Shown here in pieces: positions 10,668 through 19,385 of a stretch of 41,313 nucleotides of DNA. Source of the DNA: a virus (Duplodnaviria; Caudoviricetes); IMG/VR virus record IMGVR_UViG_3300048897_000013, positions 1 to 41,313 of that record; one strand, written 5' to 3'. Within the stretch, counting starts at the first letter, position 1. Each line of letters opens with the position of its first letter. A program made the translations under genes and the position numbers. The notes beneath the pieces were generated by a model. The model saw only the letters and a list, made by a program, of their open reading frames with translations, was not told the origin of the DNA and did no database searches.

Positions 10668-10988
10668 ATGATAGATATTATTAGCGTCAATCCACTAAAC
10701 AAAGGCGATCTACTGGCAACCGTGTCGGTATATATCCGTCCATGAAAAATGAAGATCCACGAGATCGCTGTTTTCCAAAAAGGAGCAAACCGATTTATCT
10801 CATTGCCAACACGCAAATGAGAACAGAACGGAGAAACCAAGTACCAGAAATTACTTGAATTCGACGATAACGCCGTAGAAAAACGATTCCGAGATCAGAT
10901 CATGAAAGCGGTCGATGATTATACCGAACGTAATGGTGATCTGATTCCGGAAGACGTTATCAAAGAAGACGAAGAATTCCCATTCTAG
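10668..10988 (+). CDS. SpoVG-like nucleic-acid-binding protein with SSB-type acidic tail, 106 aa (TGA=Trp at 10743 and 10818)
   Basis: LATVSV..P-W-KMKI..I.VF..G..RFISLP.RK-W; ends EDEEFPF; absent from ORF track. Confidence 0.75.
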
Positions 10989-10996
10989 GAGGTTAC

Positions 10997-11197
10997 ATGA
11001 AAATAGGATTTTTTAGTCTAATGTTTTTGATTCTGTTGACTTTAAAGCTGACAGAAGTAATCACATGGTCATGGTGGTTGATCTTTTTGCCGCTAGCAGG
11101 TCCGTTAATCGGATTGTTTCTAGCGTTGATCTGTATCTGTATTGCCGGTGGCGTATTGGCTTATGCGGATATGAAACCGGTCAAGAAAAATGGATAG
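10997..11197 (+). CDS. Small two-TM membrane protein (LKL..VI.WSWW..F.P family)
   Basis: GGAGG RBS; hydrophobic helices. Confidence 0.7.
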   Translation: MKIGFFSLMFLILLTLKLTEVITWSWWLIFLPLAGPLIGLFLALICICIAGGVLAYADMKPVKKNG

Positions 11198-11411
11198 TTA
11201 CCAAACTTTAAAAGAAATTGTTGATGATTATATTGCTCATATGCAAGGCGTCAATGAGATGCGTATAGAGAACGCTACAAAAGAATTGGAATACATACGC
11301 AAAGAAGTCGAATTATTCGGCTTCTTGCAGCGTACCGCAAAAATGGTACATGATCAATATAAAGCAGTCTTGGAGGCAAATGAAATATCCGAAAATCCAG
11401 AGTTTATATAA
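11190..11411 (+). CDS. Hypothetical coiled-coil protein
   Basis: Overlapping ORF in the operon. Confidence 0.55.
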   Translation: MDSYQTLKEIVDDYIAHMQGVNEMRIENATKELEYIRKEVELFGFLQRTAKMVHDQYKAVLEANEISENPEFI

Positions 11412-12069
11412 GCGCGAAGGATGTGGTGCTTGAGATGAAGAAAAACAACGTTACGTTTGCGATGTGCAACGAAAAGGCCGTAAGTCAAAATTGATCATGG
11501 GAGATTACGCGTGTCAGGAGTTTGCCTCCATTAATCGCTGAATGATTGACGAAAAGGTGGATGGAACTAATATTCGAATCTGCTGAGAGAGAAACGATCT
11601 ATTGCCGACATTCAAAGGCCGGAATGAAGACTCCCAAATCCCTGCGAAACTTCTAGAGTATCTACAAGAGACATTCACTAGAGACAAAATGATGGAGCGA
11701 TTTCCGGACTCCAACAGAGTAGTCTTGTTTGGTGAGGGTTATGGTCCGAAGATTCAAGCGTGCGGATCAAGATATCGCGATGATATCTCATTCATTTTGT
11801 TCGATGCGTACATTGATGGATGGTGACTTGAAAAGGATTCTGTTATCGAGATTGCTGATCAATTAGATATCGAATATACCACCGGACATTTGATTTTATC
11901 CACTCAACAAGTCGTTGACTACGTTAAATCACGTCCAATCAGTCATTTTTCAATAGACAGAACATTGGTGATGGAAGGTGTCATAGCCCGTGCATATCCG
12001 CTGATGTTATTCCGGCAACGACATGAACCGATTATGTTCAAACTGAAAGTGAGTGATTTCGATGATTAA
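11380..12069 (+). CDS. ATP-dependent RNA ligase (Rnl2-like nucleotidyltransferase), 229 aa (4 TGA=Trp at 11431, 11539, 11584, 11824)
   Basis: GGAGG RBS; MKYPKIQS; W..DEKVDGTN (motif I), FGEGYG (III), FILFD (IIIa), EGVI (IV), FKLK (V). Confidence 0.85.
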
Positions 12070-12499
12070 ATTGATCATTCCCGGAGATCCAACGCCACAA
12101 GCCCGATGTAGAATCTTTACACGGGGCAACAAGGTTCATTCATACGATCCGCAATCCGCTTTGAAACACGAATTACGCAATATCGTTCGTGATCAATTAG
12201 ATGATCTACATTGAGTGATGCCACGATTCCCGCGTGTTATGTTCTGATTCTACATGCCAATACCCAAGTCAATGCTGAAGGGTGAACGAGCATTAGCGAT
12301 CAAAGGCAACTATAAGCACGTCAAGAAGCCCGATATCGATAATCTCGTTAAACTGTATATGGATGTTCTAACGGGCTTGGTATACGACGATGACAATTGT
12401 GTATCGTTGGGAACTGCAATCAAAGTCTATTCAGAGACTCCAAAGACAGTGATCTACATTGAAGAGACTACGAATTTTGTAACAATTGAAGAAGTATGA
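12062..12499 (+). CDS. rusA: RusA-family Holliday junction resolvase (TGA=Trp at 12212 and 12245; end at TGA 12499 or TAA 12544)
   Basis: I.G.P.PQAR.R; F.MPIPKS; KPDIDNL.K...D.L.G.VY.DD. Confidence 0.85.
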
Positions 12500-12507
12500 G
12501 AGGGCAC

Positions 12508-13131
12508 ATGACCGACACAGAACGAACCGATAGAGACAATCTAATAGATAATGTCTTTGAATCAGAGAGACAAGTATTCACGATAGAGATGTCCACGGAC
12601 ACAAAAGAGATAGCAATCAAAGGGTCGTTAAATCAAATGATCAAGAGCTTGGTTGTCGAATTGAATAAAGAATTTGATGATGTTGATTTTAATTCAGACT
12701 GAATAGCACCATTCACGATGGGAAATTATGGAGAGCAATATGATGATGACCGCAGTGATGACCGCGATGATTACTACACTGGTGACAACGATGATCTTGA
12801 CGATTATCACTTATATGACAATGAGCTGTCAGAAATCATGCTGGTCTTGCGATACTATTGGAAAAGAAAATGCTCACTCGGATGCGTCCACAAAACTAAA
12901 CGATTCCGCATCTTGACACTGCCCAAATTGCTTGAACTATTGGCGTATAGAAACCTCAAGCAGCCCATAAGAAAAATCTTAGAAGATTTCTTGCCAGATT
13001 TCTTTTATGATCCAAGGCCGATTCAAGAGATAATACCGCCACCACTACCCACAATGTGGGGTAATAGTGACGTTGTTGGGATGAATCCAATCAAGCGTAA
13101 GCGAGGTCGCTCCAAACTCGCTCGTAATTAG
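12508..13131 (+). CDS. Hypothetical acidic protein (TGA=Trp at 12700 joins two ORFs)
   Basis: ORFs 12496-12702 and 12718-13131 are in frame and separated only by TGA; C-terminal KRKRGR. Confidence 0.55.
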
Positions 13132-13813
13132 CATACACGCGATTGATGGCTCCATGCGTCCAACTAGAAGATTTTCCGTTTACACCACGATTTCGATATC
13201 CGTTTTCATTCAATTGAATAGCAATATATCGTGTCGTGGCTCCAGCGTTCTTTAATTGATGAATGAATTGCAACACTTCAGCTTCTTCTAAGGCCACTGC
13301 TAGCGTCTTATCAGCTTGTAGGCTGTATCCATAAGGTACACGTCCGATGCGCTCTCCACGGGCTTTCTTGGCTGCCAAAGCGTTCTTTGTGCGTGCTGAT
13401 ATCAACAAAGTTTCGTATTCTGCAAATGCGTCTACAATTCTTCTCATAAGAACGTCTTGCGGTTGATCTCCGTCCATCTCACCGATTGATGATACAAAAC
13501 GGGCTTTCTTTCGCTCTATGGTGCGTTCAATCATGCCAATGATGTACGGGTCACGGCTGATACGTTCTCGCTTATAGATGACTACGATATCATCCTTTTG
13601 CAACATTGAAAGCATCTCTAATAATGCCGGTCTCTCTTCCAATTCTTTGCGTTTCTTGTCCGTGCCAGTTACAACGTCTTTGAAGATGACTATTTCAGAC
13701 TGTACGGACTGTTTATTAATCCACTCCATGCAAAATTTCGTTTGGGCTTCTATTCCAAGCCCCGAATCATCTTGTTTGCCCGTCGATACTCGCAAATAGA
13801 TATAATACTTCAT
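13091..13813 (-). CDS. Serine recombinase (resolvase domain plus recombinase DNA-binding domain), 240 aa
   Basis: YLRVST..Q catalytic motif; RPAL, RERISR, FAEYE...I..RT..AL; G.VPYGY; IA..LN..G. Confidence 0.9.
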   Translation of the reverse strand: MKYYIYLRVSTGKQDDSGLGIEAQTKFCMEWINKQSVQSEIVIFKDVVTGTDKKRKELEERPALLEMLSMLQKDDIVVIYKRERISRDPYIIGMIERTIERKKARFVSSIGEMDGDQPQDVLMRRIVDAFAEYETLLISARTKNALAAKKARGERIGRVPYGYSLQADKTLAVALEEAEVLQFIHQLKNAGATTRYIAIQLNENGYRNRGVNGKSSSWTHGAINRVYANYERVWSDLAYA

Positions 13814-14133
13814 CGAAAAATGTCCGGTACGTGAATTGTATCTTGAACAACGACATTAAATCCTAAGAGACGCAATTCTTCGATGTTTTTTTTGGTAAAT
13901 GACTTCTTTTTGAACATCTTTAATAATCCGAGTGAGACTTGATTGCATGGGTAATATAACGGTCTAGGTCCCCAACCAGAAAATGAGACTTCGATCACTC
14001 CATTCAATGGTTCAGCGGTGATTCTTCCAGTCGGGTGCTTCAAGTTGTAATCAATTGATTTCGGTTCTATCACTGCGTTTGTGATAATCGTTTGTTGTAA
14101 TTTCTCTAGTTGCTCAAGGTCTTCTTTTTTCAT
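13810..14133 (-). CDS. Hypothetical early protein
   Basis: GGAG RBS before MKKEDL; ATGA overlap with the recombinase start. Confidence 0.6.
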   Translation of the reverse strand: MKKEDLEQLEKLQQTIITNAVIEPKSIDYNLKHPTGRITAEPLNGVIEVSFSGWGPRPLYYPCNQVSLGLLKMFKKKSFTKKNIEELRLLGFNVVVQDTIHVPDIFR

Positions 14134-14214
14134 TCTGTTTGCTCCAATTGTTTTTTTGCTATCTAGCATATCATTACAACATGCTAGATAACCATTCAAT
14201 AAATTATTTTAATT

Positions 14215-14502
14215 CTACCTGAGTTTGCTTCGGCAATTTTCGTTCGGACATGGATAGTCTACGAGATGAGCCATTCCGCAAGATGGACACTCAACGTAGA
14301 TGAAAACCTTGAATTCCAGCATTTGCCACGCTTGGAATGATTCGAAAATCGACGCAACGGTTGATTCGTTAATGTGAATCTTGCCGTTATGTGTAGTGTA
14401 CTCGTTGGGATCTAGAACGATCTTGCAGCCTATTACCGCTTGTTCTGGTTGAGCAAATGCCAGCATTGGCAATAGTAATGTGGTCAATAATAGTTTTTTC
14501 AT
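14215..14502 (-). CDS. Exported protein with signal peptide and C-terminal Cys cluster
   Basis: MKKLLLTTLLLPMLAFA; CPSC...CP...C. Confidence 0.6.
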   Translation of the reverse strand: MKKLLLTTLLLPMLAFAQPEQAVIGCKIVLDPNEYTTHNGKIHINESTVASIFESFQAWQMLEFKVFIYVECPSCGMAHLVDYPCPNENCRSKLR

Positions 14503-14517
14503 GGTGTCCTTGTGGGG

Positions 14518-14736
14518 TTATGAATGATTTTCTTCGTAGTCGTTTATTCCAATTTTTACACTATCCATGACCATTTTAACACCGGCCAATTCGTTTGGTG
14601 CACAATATAGAGCCATGCTAACGGCATTTGCAATTAACGCGTGAGATATCTCATAAGACGGTATTAGTCCTTTAAATTCTTCCGTGATATCAAGAATCTG
14701 ACTGTTTAATTTGTATATCAATTCTTCATTATTCAT
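14518..14736 (-). CDS. Hypothetical early protein
   Basis: Conserved AACACAATAACACAAAGGGA leader. Confidence 0.65.
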   Translation of the reverse strand: MNNEELIYKLNSQILDITEEFKGLIPSYEISHALIANAVSMALYCAPNELAGVKMVMDSVKIGINDYEENHS

Positions 14737-14758
14737 ATTGTCCCTTTGTGTTATTGTG

Positions 14759-14977
14759 TTAGTTGTAATCAGTGTTTATCAATTCAAGTATGCGAATTCC
14801 CGCACTTATTTTGCCGGCTAAATAAGACAATTGGTTTTCGTCACCATTAACAGGGTATGATTCACGTAATTTCTTATGATGATCAACATATTTGTCTATC
14901 TGATCATAAATGCTACTGAATTCATGATACCTCCCTAAGCGATATTCTTCATTTTTCTTTAATTCCTCACTGTCCAT
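14759..14977 (-). CDS. Hypothetical early protein
   Basis: Same leader plus GGGAG RBS. Confidence 0.65.
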   Translation of the reverse strand: MDSEELKKNEEYRLGRYHEFSSIYDQIDKYVDHHKKLRESYPVNGDENQLSYLAGKISAGIRILELINTDYN

Positions 14978-15004
14978 TACAATTCTCCCTTTGTGTTATT
15001 GTGT

Positions 15005-15056
15005 TTAATCGCAAATTACCGTCCACCACCGAGTGATGAACGGGATTCGGGATTAA
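15005..15056 (-). repeat. Intergenic imperfect hairpin element 1 (TTAAT...ATTAAAC)
   Basis: Begins at the TAA of the upstream gene; G.U-compatible only on the minus strand. Confidence 0.7.
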
Positions 15057-15322
15057 TCAAGTATTCCATGTATTTCTATTATGTTGCCGTATACTTCAAC
15101 ACCTTGCTCCAATGCCCAAGGATTCAATGGCAAGTCTAATATTAACCCCTCTTCGTTCATAACCCAGTCTCTTCCTGTGATATCATAATGATAGATTTCT
15201 ATTAAACCACCCACAGCCTTTTGCATGTATTCCAAGCGGTTTTTTGTGGGCAATTCGATATGATATCTTGATCGAAGATAACAACCGTCAAAATATCTGA
15301 TTGAATGTAATGTTGCTTTCAT
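15053..15322 (-). CDS. DUF3846-like protein
   Basis: MQ.AVGG.IE...NEEG....LP.N..A.....YGN pattern. Confidence 0.7.
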   Translation of the reverse strand: MKATLHSIRYFDGCYLRSRYHIELPTKNRLEYMQKAVGGLIEIYHYDITGRDWVMNEEGLILDLPLNPWALEQGVEVYGNIIEIHGILD

Positions 15323-15567
15323 GATGCCACCTCGAATAATTCAATTGCTAAATGTCTATCGCCACCAAGCCGACAACCGCAACATTCGCATGGTTGCCAT
15401 GAAAAGAATGGTTCAATTTCGCAAGCGATTGTCAACTCATCGAATTGATCAACAGATTTTACTATCATGTCTTTATCTTTATCGTCTAAATGTTCACCAA
15501 ATTCATCATATGCAATGTACATCATGCAATCAGTACATACATTAAGGTCTCTTTGTTCAAATCTCAT
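15319..15567 (-). CDS. Cys-rich early protein (C.DC...FS..PCECCG..L.G.R)
   Basis: Recognisable small phage protein pattern; ends TGA in an ATGA overlap. Confidence 0.65.
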   Translation of the reverse strand: MRFEQRDLNVCTDCMMYIAYDEFGEHLDDKDKDMIVKSVDQFDELTIACEIEPFFSWQPCECCGCRLGGDRHLAIELFEVAS

Positions 15568-15599
15568 TTCTTCACCGTTATTGTGTGTTTTGTGTCATG

Positions 15600-15668
15600 A
15601 ATTAAACCGTTTAATTACATGCTGTGGTCTACCAATCGTGTTGACTGATAAACCACAACGATAATTAA
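15600..15668 (-). repeat. Intergenic hairpin element 2 plus 17-bp palindrome AATTAAAC(C/G)GTTTAATT
   Basis: Same architecture as elements at 15005 and 16027. Confidence 0.7.
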
Positions 15669-15793
15669 TCCCGAATGACCATCAAGCTATATGCGTCAAC
15701 AAGATAAACGCATCTTAACCAATCTATATACATTGCAGTATGTAAGAATCGATTCCATACTCTTTCGTTACCCGTTATTTGTGTGATATTCAT
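15665..15793 (-). CDS. Small hypothetical protein, 42 aa
   Basis: ATGA overlap with the upstream gene; its TAA opens hairpin 2. Confidence 0.5.
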   Translation of the reverse strand: MNITQITGNERVWNRFLHTAMYIDWLRCVYLVDAYSLMVIRD

Positions 15794-16005
15794 GATTCCA
15801 CCGCCAATTCATCGAAATCATCTAGAATGTGTTCAAGACGCGCTTGAATGTATGCGTAATGATTAATCACTAATTGCGAATTCATCGACAATTGAAGATT
15901 TCGGGGATGTTGATGTGTATATTGATCTTGATATTTGCGTTCATTGCGCAACACTGATTCAACATCGTTTAATAGTCTGATAATTTCATCTCTCATAATA
16001 CCCAT
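15790..16005 (-). CDS. Hypothetical early protein
   Basis: Follows the ACACAATAAC leader; ends TGA in an ATGA overlap. Confidence 0.55.
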   Translation of the reverse strand: MGIMRDEIIRLLNDVESVLRNERKYQDQYTHQHPRNLQLSMNSQLVINHYAYIQARLEHILDDFDELAVES

Positions 16006-16026
16006 GTGGTTATTGTGTGTGTCCCG

Positions 16027-16089
16027 AATTAAACCGTTTAATTGCGAGTGTCGGCCTAACATATACTGTTAAGCCGAAATCGAAATTAA
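16027..16089 (-). repeat. Intergenic hairpin element 3 plus identical 17-bp palindrome
   Basis: TCGGCTTAACA-gtata-TGTTAGGCCGA core; starts at the TAA of the J-domain gene. Confidence 0.7.
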
Positions 16090-16559
16090 GATACCATCGC
16101 GTATTCACGTCTTTGAATCGTATGTGTGCCGTGAACGTGTCTAATTTGCTCTAGTGACATTGGTTTACGATTGAATGACTTCTTTGATTCTGAACGCCAA
16201 TACCAAGCCGTTTTAGTGTTTGACCAATAGAATTTATTCATCTTAAGAGTGTCTTTGTGAGTCTTTGTTTCACCCGTCACCCATAACCAAGAACCGCATA
16301 TCTCAATACTTAGACCATCCAACGCAATGATAGTGTTCAATTTATTACGCAATACTAGATCTTTTTCTAACAAGTCATCAATCTCTGTAATTGATTTCCC
16401 CGCTGTTTGATATGCGCCCGATAGCACTGACTCGTATTGCAGATTGATAACTTTCATAGTCTCAACGCAACCACCAAGATCAGGGTGATGTTCTCTTGCA
16501 AGCGATTTGTATCGTTGTTTGATTTCTGTCTCTGTTGACAGACCCTCGAAATATTTCAT
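16086..16559 (-). CDS. J-domain (DnaJ-like) protein with Trp-rich C-terminal domain
   Basis: IK..YK.LA..HHPD.GG....MK.IN..Y; EICGSWLWV.G.T..HK..LK...F.WS..K.AWYW. Confidence 0.85.
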   Translation of the reverse strand: MKYFEGLSTETEIKQRYKSLAREHHPDLGGCVETMKVINLQYESVLSGAYQTAGKSITEIDDLLEKDLVLRNKLNTIIALDGLSIEICGSWLWVTGETKTHKDTLKMNKFYWSNTKTAWYWRSESKKSFNRKPMSLEQIRHVHGTHTIQRREYAMVS

Positions 16560-16911
16560 GTTGTAATCCCGTTATTGTGTTTGTGTATCGCAACCGTACT
16601 AGTTGTTTTGTATCAACGCATATGCAATTGAACATAATTAACGTTCCGTGTCGGTCATACATGTAACATAACATTTGTGGCGGGTTTTACACAAGTGGTA
16701 TTTCAATCATAGCATGAAAAATGTCACAAAATGTGCATTTGGACATTGACTATCAGTAGTTTACGAAATCCCCAACATGAAACCAAAAATGGTGAATTTG
16801 ATTTAATATATCAAGATATGGATATAATCAGTCTTGAACAGGAGTCGCTCCGTCGACCAATATCAGCATCATGCAATGCAATTCGTTAAATCAATCAATC
16901 AAATAGTCAAT

Positions 16912-17322
16912 ATGCCATTTCCGAAAGGTACAGAACGCACCGCACATCGATCAAGACAGCCATCTAACGGCATCAAGATAGACCCTGAATTAATCGTTAA
17001 AGCAATCCAAAAAACTAGAGGGAATCTCGCAAGGGCAGCCGATAGCATTGGAATATCACGTACCAGCTTGCAGGCAATCATAAAGAAGAGTGAAGATCTT
17101 CAAATCGTGTTGTCAGACTGTAGAGAACGGTTTTTAGATGAGGGTATTGACGTTATGCAGAACAAGGCACTTTCAGGGGATTCGACACTGTTAATGTTCG
17201 CTTTGAAGAACTTGGGAAGGCATCGCGGGTTCGATATGGAACGTGATGTAGTCGTTGAGAGTGCTACCAGAGGTGTCCTAGAGTTCATTCAGAATCAATC
17301 TAAGAACCCTGCTGAATCGTAA
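16912..17322 (+). CDS. Probable terminase small subunit (Fis-like HTH)
   Basis: GNLARAADSIGISRTSL HTH; GD.T...F.LK..GR.RG(F/Y) motif seen in TerS-type proteins. Confidence 0.6.
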   Translation: MPFPKGTERTAHRSRQPSNGIKIDPELIVKAIQKTRGNLARAADSIGISRTSLQAIIKKSEDLQIVLSDCRERFLDEGIDVMQNKALSGDSTLLMFALKNLGRHRGFDMERDVVVESATRGVLEFIQNQSKNPAES

Positions 17323-17948
17323 TCAATCAATTGAATCGCTGGTGTATGTTCAATACATCACGCACAATCACACACAAACAGTCATACATCATCTACAAGC
17401 GCGTATAAACCATCTCTAATGGTATCGTATATACACGCAATCATCACGTCTAGATGGTCATCTAATCAACTACTACAAGATTGTTGAACGGTACACGAAC
17501 GTTAGCCGTGCAATCATGTTGAATACTACAGACTACTACAAGATAGACACACATCATCACGCATACAATACCGCGTATGTACACATACACATGCACACAC
17601 ACGCGCGGTAATGATATCATCTTGGTAGGCATGGGACTCTACTTACACGGATAAGACCCCATCGTCCTTAATGGAACCGGTACTAATATATATATGTGTA
17701 CTCAATCCCCAAGTCAGAAAAATATAATTTCAATACCAAAAATCGTATAATCTATCGTCAGCACACGATAATAGTGATTCGTATCATTCAATCCCCCGCA
17801 CACTTTTTCACACAATCAATATTAAAATTCGTATCAAAAAAAAATTAAATGCGAATTCGAGATATTAAAATTCGTATCAGAATAATTTTTGACACGAAAT
17901 CATCATTCGTCATTCAATCCATAATCCCACATTCTTGTATAAATTTTT

Positions 17949-18221
17949 TTACACCAATGATTTTGCGTACATACGGCTTTTGGTACGTGATGCGGTTCGT
18001 TGTTTGTATATTCCTTTGGAGACGGCTGAATCTAACATGCTGTAAACGGAATTTAATTTTGTTTGTATGGTATATTGATCATTTGTTTTTATTGATTCTT
18101 CGAATTGTCTAATGGTGGTTCTGATTTCTGATCTATGTGATCTGTTAATTAGACGTCTTTTTTCATTTTGGATAATGCGTTTTTGTGCGGTTGGTCTTTT
18201 GGTTTTCTTAATTGGTATCAT
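17949..18221 (-). CDS. rpsT: 30S ribosomal protein S20, 90 aa
   Basis: GGAG RBS; TAQKRIIQNEKRRLINRSHRSEIRT.IR...LD.AV.KGI....ASR.KSR matches the S20 consensus. Confidence 0.92.
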   Translation of the reverse strand: MIPIKKTKRPTAQKRIIQNEKRRLINRSHRSEIRTTIRQFEESIKTNDQYTIQTKLNSVYSMLDSAVSKGIYKQRTASRTKSRMYAKSLV

Positions 18222-18385
18222 GTTATCTCCATTTATGTTTGTGGTTGAATACATAATATCGTCTGACAAGAATACTGGCAATGATTGATTGTGGAATCTA
18301 TATATTGATGTTGATCTCTATATATGGTATGGTCTAATATCTGGATGTGGCGTCTATGTGGCATGTCTAATAACACTGGAGATAT

Positions 18386-18667
18386 ATGGCGTCTATTCGA
18401 TATCGTCTTGCTAAAGGGTGCAAGAATTGGACCTATCAAGTGCAGATTCGTCGGACTGGATTACCGTCATTTACAATATCATTTATCACTTTGGAAGAAG
18501 CCGAAAAGTGGGTATCTGAAAACGAAGAAAAATTTATTGAAGATCCGCAGCCGTATTTGGCTAAATACTGTCAGAAATATGCGGGTGCAAGATTGGAATT
18601 GTTACGTGAACGGCATTTCAAACGAAGAGAACGGATTGAGAAATACAATAAACCAAAGAAGAAATAA
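18386..18667 (+). CDS. Stand-alone integrase arm-type DNA-binding domain protein
   Basis: MASIR.R......YQVQIRR.G.P....SF.T..EA..W..E.E resembles tyrosine integrase N-terminal domains; no catalytic domain follows. Confidence 0.6.
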   Translation: MASIRYRLAKGCKNWTYQVQIRRTGLPSFTISFITLEEAEKWVSENEEKFIEDPQPYLAKYCQKYAGARLELLRERHFKRRERIEKYNKPKKK

Positions 18668-18811
18668 TGGAACAAAAAGATGTTAATGCGTATGTTAATA
18701 TGGCTCTTGCTGAATTAATGATTCGTGAGAAGTCTGTGATGATTGATCAATTAATTGCTGACATCGAGATATTACAATCTGTGGTGGATGCGAATGGCTA
18801 CACGGTGACAA

Positions 18812-19168
18812 ATGAATAAAACTATTGAACATCCACCGCGTGGAGAACGTTCTGACTTTTTAAAGATCACTATAACAATTCCGGGTGATTTACTTATGGA
18901 ATTAAAAACTCTTGGAACTCAACGTCGAGTTGATGGGGAAAAAGATAGTGATACAAGCGCGTTGATTCGAGAAGCTATTAAGGACTATCTGAATAGACAG
19001 ACTAAGACTTGTATCTCCAAAGACGAATTGATATCTAAATTAGATATGTTGGATGATCAACATGATCCAGAGACTGCACATATTACGGCAGACGCGTTAT
19101 TATTGGCGTATATCAATGATCCGGATATTACCACGGCATTTGATGAAATCGGCAAGTGGTACGCGTGA
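18812..19168 (+). CDS. Ribbon-helix-helix domain fused to a DPE.AH..AD..L...KWYA domain
   Basis: KITITIP..L...L......S.LIREAI..YL; C-terminal family typically ends in WYA, here followed by TGA. Confidence 0.6.
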   Translation: MNKTIEHPPRGERSDFLKITITIPGDLLMELKTLGTQRRVDGEKDSDTSALIREAIKDYLNRQTKTCISKDELISKLDMLDDQHDPETAHITADALLLAYINDPDITTAFDEIGKWYA

Positions 19169-19235
19169 TCTATCAAGACTGGAATTCAACAAGTCGCAAG
19201 CGGTCGCACCATAGACCGGGGATCGTTTGCGAAAT

Positions 19236-19385
19236 ATGTTTAAGATAACAAAGAAAGATCATTGTAAAAAGAAACCAAACCGCAAAGAAGAAGGACATTG
19301 AGAAGGTCGGTACTGGTGCAATTGCCGGACTAGAAATTATCGATTATGGCTTGGTAAGAAGCGAGGAATGAACATTGAACAATAA
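19236..19385 (+). CDS. Small basic protein, 49 aa (one TGA=Trp)
   Basis: Open only when TGA is read through. Confidence 0.35.

Noticed and set aside
14737-16089. CRISPR array or canonical integron
   Set aside because: Repeats are separated by whole genes, not spacers; no cas gene or integron integrase; ends deviate from the AAC/GTT core
16790-16830. Sigma70 promoter TTGATT...TATAAT upstream of the TerS-like gene
   Set aside because: 19-bp spacing in AT-rich DNA; too weak to call without data
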